Positions 28,715 to 36,866 of a stretch of 36,866 nucleotides of DNA are shown one piece after another; positions within the stretch are counted from its first letter, which is position 1, and each line of letters begins with the position of its first letter. The notes beneath the pieces were generated by a model. That model saw nothing but the letters and a program-made list of their open reading frames with translations. It had not been told where the DNA came from and did not search any database. A program made the position numbers and the translations under genes. Source of the stretch: Bacteroidales bacterium (GTDB lineage Bacteria; Bacteroidota; Bacteroidia; Bacteroidales; UBA12077); the NCBI GenBank assembly GCA_028282585.1, contig JANQHR010000139.1:1-36866 (forward strand), in the 5' to 3' direction.

Positions 28715-29515
28715 CTATCTTTTTACAATAAACCAAGGATTAAGAAGATCTTCTTTATTGTATAAAACTGGTAAAGTTTCATCAGATTGAGTAAAAGTAC
28801 AACCGGAACTTAATGCTATAGCATGTCCCGCAGCCGTATCCCACTCCATTGTTGGAGCAAAACGAGGATATATATTAGCAATTCCTTCAGCTACCATACA
28901 AATTTTTAAAGAACTACCTTTTGAAATAAAATCAACATTTCCATGTTCGTTTTTTAATTTTGATATAAATTCTTCAGTATCCTTGTTCATATGAGATCGA
29001 CTTCCAACAACCGTAAATGTATTATTTTCTTGTATAAATGGAAGTTTAAAGCTTGTACTTAATAACTTGTCTAAATCTGAAATATCATTTTCATTATCAA
29101 TATTTATTGCTTTAAATGCACCCAATGACTCTTCACTAAAATATAAGTCTTTTGTGACAGGAACATAAATTACTCCCAATACAGGTGTATTTCCTTTAAT
29201 CAAGGCAATATTAACAGTAAACTCACCATTACGTTTAATAAACTCTTTTGTACCATCAAGTGGATCAACCAACCAATATTGTTCCCATTTAGACCTTTCA
29301 CCAAACGGAATGTTTTTTCCTTCCTCGCTAAGCACTTGTATATTAGTTTTTAATAGACCTTCTGTTATTACTTTATGAGCTTTTTGATCTGCAATAGTTA
29401 ATGGTGAGTTATCTACCTTAATTTTTATTTCAAAATCATTTTGGTTATAAATTTCAAGAATCTCCCTACCTGCATTCAAAGCAACTTTAATTGCACTGAA
29501 CAAATTGTTTTTCAT
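28715..29515 (-). CDS. cysQ: 3'(2'),5'-bisphosphate nucleotidase
   Basis: SPLT.AD, LSEE, WLVDPLDGTKEF, GSSLK and EWDTAAG motifs. Confidence 0.95.
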   Translation of the reverse strand: MKNNLFSAIKVALNAGREILEIYNQNDFEIKIKVDNSPLTIADQKAHKVITEGLLKTNIQVLSEEGKNIPFGERSKWEQYWLVDPLDGTKEFIKRNGEFTVNIALIKGNTPVLGVIYVPVTKDLYFSEESLGAFKAINIDNENDISDLDKLLSTSFKLPFIQENNTFTVVGSRSHMNKDTEEFISKLKNEHGNVDFISKGSSLKICMVAEGIANIYPRFAPTMEWDTAAGHAIALSSGCTFTQSDETLPVLYNKEDLLNPWFIVKR

Positions 29516-29518
29516 ATA

Positions 29519-31300
29519 CTACACTAAATAAATAAGACTTAAAATTGTTACTGTAACTAACATATATATAATCGTTAAAGGAAATCCAACCCTGAAAAAA
29601 TCCTTAAATGAATACCCTCCAGGACCATAAACCATCAAGTTGGTCTGATAACCAATTGGTGTCATAAAGTTTGCAGCTGCAGCAAAGGAAACAACCAATA
29701 TAAAAGGCATATAAGGTAAATTTAGATTTACCGCCATCGTCAAGGAAATTGGAAATATAATTGCAACTGCCGCAATATTAGTTATATAAGCAGCTAAAAT
29801 AGAAGTAATTAAATAAATCCCAAACAAAAGGCCTATTTTCCCTAATGGAAGAAATAAAGTAATAACAGAATCTGCAAATAACTCAGCAGCTCCTGATTTA
29901 ATCATTGCAGTTCCTAAGGCGAGCGACATGGCTATTATCAAAGCTAGTCTATAATCAATAGCTTTATACATTTCCTTTGGGTTCGCAATTTTCAATGCCA
30001 ATAATACCATAATCAAAACGATCAATCCCATAAATAAAGACACAAATTTTAATGCTGCTAATAATATTACTACTATTGTACCACCTAATAAGGTCCAAAC
30101 TTTATATGGTTCTAACTTTTGAAAATCTTTCACCTTTGAAATGAAATAGAAGTCGAGAGTATGGTTTGACCTACTTACAAAATCAGCGCCAGTAAATAGA
30201 AGAAGAACATCACCTGGTTTAATTATAATTTCACCAATTTTACCGGATATACGTTCTCCATTTCTGTGCACTGCAATTACTGCAGCATCAAATTTTGCCC
30301 TAAAACGAATTTCTTTTACTGTTTTATTAATCATTGATGAATTATGCGAAATAACAATTTCAACAACTTCTGTTTGCTTTTTTTTATAGAGCATTCCAAC
30401 AGAAGGCAGACGCAAGCCAAGGTCTGAATCGACCATTTCCGCAATAGTTTCAGTATCTCCTGCAAATATTAATAAATCGTCTTGCTGTAAAATGATATTT
30501 GGTTTAACCGAAGATATTTTAAAAGATTTTCTTATTATTTCAACTAAGAATAGTCCTTTTAGATTCCTTAGACCTGCTTCTTCTAATGTTTTTCCAATAA
30601 GTTGGGAATTTTTACGAATTTCGGCTTCTACTAAATATTCTCTGGTATTTTGTGTGAAATCATCTAAGATATCTTCCTTAGATGGCAGTAGTTTTTCGCC
30701 AAAAAATAATAGGTATAGAAATCCTACCAGAATCATAGGAACGCCTACATATGCAAAATCAAAAATATTTAATGATTCCAGTCCCGGTATAATAGACTGG
30801 TCTACAACCATACCATTTACTATGAGATTAGTTGAAGTTCCTATTAAAGTTGCACACCCTCCTAAAATTGCAGCATATGATAAAGGCATTAAGAATTTTG
30901 ATGGAGAAATATCATTACGTTTACACCAACTATTTACATATGGCATCATTACCGCGACCAGAGGGGTATTATTTAAAAAAGCTGAAAATCCGGAAATAAT
31001 TAAGGTCATTCTACTCAAAAAACCTTTATAACTTCTGGCTGATTTAAAAATTCTATCAAAAACAAACTCTACTATCGCAGTTTGCCTAATTATATCACCA
31101 AGCAGCAAAAGTAATAATATTACAGCTAACTGCTCATTTGCAAAGCCCGCTAATATTTCTTTAGGGGTAAGTATACCGAAAAAACCTAAAGTTACAACAG
31201 CAATAACAAATGTAAAAGTAGCTCCTATAACTTCTTTGTATAAAGCAACTAGTATAAATACTATTACACCGAAGACTACTATTAAATCAAATGTTATCAT
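29519..31300 (-). CDS. SLC13/CitMHS-family permease with two TrkA-C (RCK_C) domains, possible sulfate transporter
   Basis: SAFLNNTP, LIGTSTNL and TPIGYQTNLMVYGPG motifs; central soluble repeats; adjacent to cysQ. Confidence 0.88.
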   Translation of the reverse strand: MITFDLIVVFGVIVFILVALYKEVIGATFTFVIAVVTLGFFGILTPKEILAGFANEQLAVILLLLLLGDIIRQTAIVEFVFDRIFKSARSYKGFLSRMTLIISGFSAFLNNTPLVAVMMPYVNSWCKRNDISPSKFLMPLSYAAILGGCATLIGTSTNLIVNGMVVDQSIIPGLESLNIFDFAYVGVPMILVGFLYLLFFGEKLLPSKEDILDDFTQNTREYLVEAEIRKNSQLIGKTLEEAGLRNLKGLFLVEIIRKSFKISSVKPNIILQQDDLLIFAGDTETIAEMVDSDLGLRLPSVGMLYKKKQTEVVEIVISHNSSMINKTVKEIRFRAKFDAAVIAVHRNGERISGKIGEIIIKPGDVLLLFTGADFVSRSNHTLDFYFISKVKDFQKLEPYKVWTLLGGTIVVILLAALKFVSLFMGLIVLIMVLLALKIANPKEMYKAIDYRLALIIAMSLALGTAMIKSGAAELFADSVITLFLPLGKIGLLFGIYLITSILAAYITNIAAVAIIFPISLTMAVNLNLPYMPFILVVSFAAAANFMTPIGYQTNLMVYGPGGYSFKDFFRVGFPLTIIYMLVTVTILSLIYLV

Positions 31301-31401
31301 ATTATATTAATGAAAAAACTTTATTAAGCTTCTACTTAATAAAGTTCTAATATTAGTTGAGTATTTTTCAATTTTTGCTATGCATTACAAACATTAAATA
31401 G

Positions 31402-31432
31402 CAAAAATAAGAATATTGGGCATTTAGACAAA
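31402..31432 (-). promoter_or_regulatory. Candidate promoter for the SLC13-cysQ unit
   Basis: Minus strand TTTG-19 nt-TATTTTTG, a full match to the Bacteroidota -33/-7 consensus. Confidence 0.6.
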
Positions 31433-31449
31433 TTAAATGATTTTTTTTA

Positions 31450-31953
31450 TTAACGTTTTATTAATTTAAATGTTTGTAAAACGTTACCTGCCTTATCAAC
31501 CACTCTCAAAATATATTGTGAAGCACCTAGTTCTTGCAGGTTAACTCTATTTGGCCCCTCATTAATGTCAAATTTGTTATTATAAACTAATCTACCTTCC
31601 AAATCGTATAACTCTACGATTGCATCTTTAATTTCATCTGACTCAAGATTAATCCAAATGTATTCATTTGCCGGATTTGGATAGATATCTAATTTAAAGT
31701 TATTTGAAAATGATTTTGGTCCGTCAATGGAAGTAATTTCAAAATAACCTTGTTGGAAACCTTGAGTCAATATAATAGTTTCACCATCATCTTTTAAAGT
31801 TTCAATGGCTATTTCCCCCAAAGTCCAACTAATATTAATTCCATTTACTTCTGTAGATTCTCCTGCAGAAGCAATCACGTATGAAGATATACTCTGCCCA
31901 TCTACATAAAATACTGATAAGCAAAACAATAGCAAAATGTAATTTTTTTTCAT
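31450..31953 (-). CDS. Small T9SS type A sorting-domain protein
   Basis: Signal peptide from ATG 31953; SWTLGE…LTQGFQQ short domain; IYPNP…KLIKR C-terminal domain. Confidence 0.85.
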   Translation of the reverse strand: MKKNYILLLFCLSVFYVDGQSISSYVIASAGESTEVNGINISWTLGEIAIETLKDDGETIILTQGFQQGYFEITSIDGPKSFSNNFKLDIYPNPANEYIWINLESDEIKDAIVELYDLEGRLVYNNKFDINEGPNRVNLQELGASQYILRVVDKAGNVLQTFKLIKR

Positions 31954-32016
31954 ATCAATACGTTTTTCCAATTTTACAATATAAATATACAATATTCCTC
32001 CGATAATATCAATGGC

Positions 32017-32586
32017 TTAAATATTACTTATTTTATTAAAAAATGTTCGCTGTATTATCTCAAAAATCTTATTTGGTTTTAGTTTTCTCCAAATCAACGT
32101 GTCCTCAGCATTAAAATTCATATAATTATTAATACCAGCATTTATAAACTCTTCAATTACATGATATTGAAAGTTTAAGGCAAAAATCCATCCTTGTTCA
32201 ATATTATTGAACCAATCCTCGTAGTAAGAATCATCTGATGAATGAAAGTTAAAAACATTTTCTCCAATTAAAATAAACTTATCTATTTCGTTTGTAATTA
32301 AATGATCAATTACCTCCCTTCTCAAATACATAATATCGTTATACAAGGTGTCGTTCCATTCTCCTATTAATTCAATAATCACAAATTTTTTTTCGTAGCA
32401 TGCATATAAAATTTTTAAATATAACGTTTCCGACCCAAACTCATCCCATTGAGGATGTATATAATAATTGTAAACTGCATTAGTAAATTCGAACTCACTA
32501 TAGATTCTACCAAAAAAGGGGGACCTAAAATCATCAGAAGCTATATAATGTTTTCTCCAACTATAAAAAGGTTCAATGGTATGCAT
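32017..32586 (-). CDS. Hypothetical protein
   Basis: 189-aa ORF with protein-like motifs (IYNYYIHPQWD-like, IELIGEWND); no function recognised. Confidence 0.7.
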   Translation of the reverse strand: MHTIEPFYSWRKHYIASDDFRSPFFGRIYSEFEFTNAVYNYYIHPQWDEFGSETLYLKILYACYEKKFVIIELIGEWNDTLYNDIMYLRREVIDHLITNEIDKFILIGENVFNFHSSDDSYYEDWFNNIEQGWIFALNFQYHVIEEFINAGINNYMNFNAEDTLIWRKLKPNKIFEIIQRTFFNKISNI

Positions 32587-32712
32587 ATTGGTATAAAATA
32601 AATTGCAAGCGTATCTTCAAATGTTGAATTGATATCATGTAAACATTTTACGCATTCATTAAATATATAACGAATTTCAATTTTAACTATATTTACATAA
32701 AACTAATTTAAC

Positions 32713-33885
32713 ATGAAAAAAGTTTTAATTTTATTATTCATTTTATTAATAAATCTGTTTGTATTCTCTCAAGAACTTATTGAAAGCAACAATCAATTTA
32801 CATTTAAAGCTTTTCAAAGTTTAAATAACAATGATAAGAATTTAGTTTTTTCTCCTTACAGTGTTACTTCTGCTATGGCAATGACATATATTGGAGCAAG
32901 AAATAATACATTTGGCGAGATTAGCATGACTTTCAATTTTAATACAAATATTAATCTGTTTTCTGAAGATTACAAAAACTCATTTAATTTAAATACTAAA
33001 AAGGGGGATCTAATACAATTCTATAACGCTAATTCCCTTTGGATTCAAAAGAATATAAAATTAGAGTCGGATTTTTTAAATTTAAATAAATCCTATTTCT
33101 CTGCCAGTTTGAATTATGTGAATTTTTTAAATAATCCTGATAAATCAAGATTATCTATAAATAAATGGGTTGAAAAAAATACAAAGAATAAAATTACCGA
33201 TTTGTTAAAACCTTCATCAATTGATAATTCTACAAGGTTGGTATTAGTAAATGCTTTGTACTTTAATGGAAAATGGAAAAGTACATTTAATAAGGACAAT
33301 AATACAGAAGATAATTTTCAGATTGGTAGAAAAGAGTTTACAAAAGTTGTTTTTATGAATCGTAAAATAAATTCCTGGTATTATGAAAATGATGATGAGC
33401 AAATATTAGATATCCCTTACGTTGATGAAAATTATTCTTTAATGATTATTCTTCCTAAATCTTACAAAAAAATAAGAAAAATTGAGAAGAAACTTGACAA
33501 TGATTATTACAAAAATTATATCACAAATAAGGAAAAAATAAGAATAGATTTATCATTACCAAAATTTAATATAGAATCTGAATTCGATTTAAACAAAACT
33601 TTGGCTAATTTAGGAGTAAAAGAAGCATTTACAGTAGAAGCTGACTTTACAGGAATTACGGAAAATGAAAAACTATATATTTCTAAAGTCTTTCATAAAG
33701 CGAATATTTCTGTCGATGAAGAAGGCACAGAAGCTGCAGCTGCAACGGCAGTCGTAATGAATAAAACATCTATGAGACTTGATGAAGTTCAGGTTAATAT
33801 AAACAAACCATTTATTTATATCATAAGAAATAATAATAATAACTGTATTTATTTTATAGGGAAAGTAAATAATCCAAACTATTAG
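32713..33885 (+). CDS. Serpin family protein (exported)
   Basis: NLVFSPYS, INKWVE..T..KI, LVNALYFNGKW, hinge EEGTEAAAAT and NKPFIY motifs. Confidence 0.95.
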   Translation: MKKVLILLFILLINLFVFSQELIESNNQFTFKAFQSLNNNDKNLVFSPYSVTSAMAMTYIGARNNTFGEISMTFNFNTNINLFSEDYKNSFNLNTKKGDLIQFYNANSLWIQKNIKLESDFLNLNKSYFSASLNYVNFLNNPDKSRLSINKWVEKNTKNKITDLLKPSSIDNSTRLVLVNALYFNGKWKSTFNKDNNTEDNFQIGRKEFTKVVFMNRKINSWYYENDDEQILDIPYVDENYSLMIILPKSYKKIRKIEKKLDNDYYKNYITNKEKIRIDLSLPKFNIESEFDLNKTLANLGVKEAFTVEADFTGITENEKLYISKVFHKANISVDEEGTEAAAATAVVMNKTSMRLDEVQVNINKPFIYIIRNNNNNCIYFIGKVNNPNY

Positions 33886-34048
33886 TATAAAAAAGATAGC
33901 ACTTTATAATATGGTTTATCTTATATGATTACAAAAATGAAAGTTAATCTACAACCTAGCCAATCAGTGTTTAGTTAAAGGTATAATAGAAACACTTTAT
34001 TTTTTGTATTTTTATAACCATAAATGTTAATTATGCGTTATCAGTAGT

Positions 34049-36667
34049 ATGAAACAGTTCATTGCTTTTCTTCTGTTTTTTTTTGTAATAAACATTTCAG
34101 TAAATGCGCAAAGGCAAAAGGAATATTATTTCAAATTTAGTATCTCTAATACTTCTGAATTAGATGTAATTACAGATATTATTTCAATAGATAATGTAAA
34201 AAAGAATGAAGTTTTTGCATATGCAATGCAATATGAACTCGAAGAGTTTCAAAAACTTGGTTATAAATTAGAATTTCTTAACAAAGAAACTCCAAAATCA
34301 CTTACCATGGCAACAACAGTTGCTCAAATGGATAACTGGGATAGGTATCCTACCTATGAAGTTTATCGTGAGATGATGAAAAATTTTGCTATTAGTTATC
34401 CTGCGATTTGTAAACTTGATTCAATAGGAGCAACAATTGACGGAAGGCAACTTTATATTTTAAGAATTACAGACAACATCGACATTGAAGAAAATGAACC
34501 TGAGTTTTTTTATACCAGTACTATGCATGGAGATGAAACAACAGGTTTTGTTTTAATGCTTCGGCTTGCAGATTCTTTACTTTCAAGTTATAATTCGGAA
34601 GTTGAAATCAAGCATTTGATTGATGAAATAGATCTATATATAAATCCGAATGCAAATCCGGATGGAACCTACGCCAGTGGCAATAATACTGTGTCTGGTG
34701 CCACCAGATCCAATGGTTTTGCGGATCTAAACCGTGATTACCCTGACCCCAGGACTGGTGAAGATCCTCCTTATCAACCTGAAACACAGGCAATGATAGA
34801 TTTTGCAAATGCACATCATTTTGTTATGTCTGCTAACTTTCACGATGGAGAAGAAGTTATGAATTACCCCTGGGATACTTGGTACACAAGTGAAAATTTA
34901 CATACAGATACCGATTGGTACGAACAAGTTTGTACGGATTATGTTACAACTGCAAGAACTGTATATTCCGATTACATGAAAAGTGTAACTTCTGATGGAG
35001 TTACACATGGTGCAACCTGGTATAAAATTGCAGGTGGTAGACAGGATTACATGAATTATTGGCATCAATGTCGCGAAGTAACAGTTGAATTATCAGAAGC
35101 AAAATTATTAGAAACTGAATATTTGAATAATTACTGGAATTACAATAAACAATCCCTCATTGATTACATGAAAGAATCTCTTTACGGAATTAGAGGAACC
35201 ATAACTAACACTTCTGATCAACCTCTAGATGCAATGGTTTGGGTAATTAATCATGATGATGAAAATGATAGTTCCATGGTATTTAGCGATCCGTATGTTG
35301 GTAACTACCATCGTTTAATAGAGCCAGGAACTTATGATTTAGTTGCATCTGCGGATGGGTATGTAAGTGATACAATAAAGAACGTAATTGTTAATCAAGG
35401 TAATGCAACATGGGTTAATTTCAAATTATCATTAAATAATGATTCTATCCTACTGAACGCAAATCCACAGCAAATTCAAGACACCTTATTTTTTGATGAA
35501 ACAGCTATACATCAACTAATCATTTCTAATGATAGTAATGCATTAATTACAAATTATACAATTGAACTTGAATCAAATTATGAATGGATTGAATTAAACA
35601 AGAATTCTGGAGTAATTAACCAAGATAATAATGATACGGTATTGGTTTCTTTTGATACTGACCTATTAAACGCCGGAAATTATTATAATAATATTCTTTT
35701 AACTGCCGCTGATTCAAAAATTGATACTATTCCTATAACATTGCTTGTGCGAGATACAATTATAGTTATTAATCCGTTTCAAATAACAGATACTGTCTGG
35801 GCGGGAAAAAACCCACAATATGAAATTACAATTAAAAATAATGATATTGTTGAGCATAACTATGATATTTCGATTTATCCTGAAACCAATTGGATAAATC
35901 TGGATAATTTATCAGGAACGCTGCTTATATCAGAAACTGATACAGTTCTCGCTCATGTCACGACTAACAGACTTGGTTTTGGAAATTTTAACTGTAATAT
36001 AATAATTGAAAAAGAAAGCAGCACTTCCGATACAATCCCATTATCATTATTTGTGAAAGATACAATAATGTTTAATTATAATTTTGAAGAGATAACAGAT
36101 ACTCTAAATCAAGATACGGTTGCTTATTATAACCTTATTATTGGAAATATCGGCTATAGTAATATTAGCTATATCGCTGGTTTTGAAACAACTACCAAAA
36201 ATAACTTTTGGATTTCTACTAATGATACGTTAGGTATCATTAATCCAGGTACAAACGATACCGTTTTGGTAAAAGTTAATACAAATAATCTTAATCCGGG
36301 AGACTATGCCTCGGTGCTAAATATTTTAGAGTCGGGAGGTAAAGAAATCAATATACCAATTAATATTCATGTTAATCAAATACAATCTGTTCCTAATGAT
36401 ATTGAAATTTCAAATTTTAAATTATATCCTAATCCTTTTAAAACTTGGTTAATTATAGAATTTAACTTAAACAAACAGACTAAATTTAATATTAGCATTT
36501 ACGATTCTTTTGGAACTTTACTCAGAAAGAAAACGCTTTATTCCGAAACAAGCTTTTCTACGGATTTAAATGAAATATTTAATATCCAGAGTTTATCCAA
36601 TGGTTTTTATTTAATTCAGGTCTCAACAAAAAATAGTCAGCGTACACTAAAAGTTATTAAACAATAA
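34049..36667 (+). CDS. M14 zinc carboxypeptidase with carboxypeptidase regulatory-like domain, three Ig-like repeats and T9SS C-terminal domain
   Basis: MHGDE zinc motif, NPDG, DLNRDYP, ANFH, TVEL catalytic Glu; LYPNP…KVIKQ C-terminal domain. Confidence 0.9.
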   Translation: MKQFIAFLLFFFVINISVNAQRQKEYYFKFSISNTSELDVITDIISIDNVKKNEVFAYAMQYELEEFQKLGYKLEFLNKETPKSLTMATTVAQMDNWDRYPTYEVYREMMKNFAISYPAICKLDSIGATIDGRQLYILRITDNIDIEENEPEFFYTSTMHGDETTGFVLMLRLADSLLSSYNSEVEIKHLIDEIDLYINPNANPDGTYASGNNTVSGATRSNGFADLNRDYPDPRTGEDPPYQPETQAMIDFANAHHFVMSANFHDGEEVMNYPWDTWYTSENLHTDTDWYEQVCTDYVTTARTVYSDYMKSVTSDGVTHGATWYKIAGGRQDYMNYWHQCREVTVELSEAKLLETEYLNNYWNYNKQSLIDYMKESLYGIRGTITNTSDQPLDAMVWVINHDDENDSSMVFSDPYVGNYHRLIEPGTYDLVASADGYVSDTIKNVIVNQGNATWVNFKLSLNNDSILLNANPQQIQDTLFFDETAIHQLIISNDSNALITNYTIELESNYEWIELNKNSGVINQDNNDTVLVSFDTDLLNAGNYYNNILLTAADSKIDTIPITLLVRDTIIVINPFQITDTVWAGKNPQYEITIKNNDIVEHNYDISIYPETNWINLDNLSGTLLISETDTVLAHVTTNRLGFGNFNCNIIIEKESSTSDTIPLSLFVKDTIMFNYNFEEITDTLNQDTVAYYNLIIGNIGYSNISYIAGFETTTKNNFWISTNDTLGIINPGTNDTVLVKVNTNNLNPGDYASVLNILESGGKEINIPINIHVNQIQSVPNDIEISNFKLYPNPFKTWLIIEFNLNKQTKFNISIYDSFGTLLRKKTLYSETSFSTDLNEIFNIQSLSNGFYLIQVSTKNSQRTLKVIKQ

Positions 36668-36866
36668 ATTCTCTTATCAAAAAAAACTACATGTTTATAT
36701 TATAAATATTCATTTTTATAAAAATCAGTTTCCATTTTAAAACTTTTTAAGATTTCTAAAGTATAAAAACTCTATAAAATAATTAGGAATATTGGTATTT
36801 GTAAGCAAATTATCTATATTTACCAGAAACAATAGGAAATCTCCGAATACTACAATTCATCAACGA

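Noticed and set aside
861-34814. Short ORF-track entries overlapping larger genes (e.g. 861..1082, 5273..5644, 5807..6091, 10903..11208, 12438..12728, 22503..22796, 30492..31031, 34608..34814)
   Set aside because: Antisense or out-of-frame shadows of well-supported genes, with no recognisable motifs.
1-36866. CRISPR arrays, tRNA/rRNA genes, IS elements, integrases
   Set aside because: No regularly spaced repeats, RNA-gene-like segments or transposase/integrase motifs were seen.

Overview
AT-rich chromosomal window, most likely from a Bacteroidota organism (T9SS C-terminal domains, TAnnTTTG-type promoters, A-rich starts without Shine-Dalgarno motifs, DAHP synthase-chorismate mutase fusion). 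It holds mostly metabolic and housekeeping genes: two single-domain response regulators, an ABCG-like ABC protein followed by two exported hypothetical proteins, sucD, an SDR, an isocitrate/isopropylmalate-family dehydrogenase with an HD-like protein, pepD, a sodium:solute symporter, a TauE/SafE protein, a complete his operon (hisGDC[NB]HAF[IE]), an aromatic amino-acid operon (aminotransferase, tyrA, DAHP synthase-CM), an FRG protein, cysQ, an SLC13 permease, a serpin and an M14 carboxypeptidase. I saw no mobile element, CRISPR array, tRNA or rRNA. The main result is absent from the ORF track: both biosynthetic operons are preceded by TWO leader-peptide/terminator units in series. Two 25-aa His-rich leaders sit before hisG and two Tyr-rich leaders sit before the aromatic operon, each followed by its own hairpin plus U-tract. 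This looks like tandem (double) ribosome-dependent transcription attenuation used twice. All RNA pairings and family calls were made by eye, without folding software or database searches.
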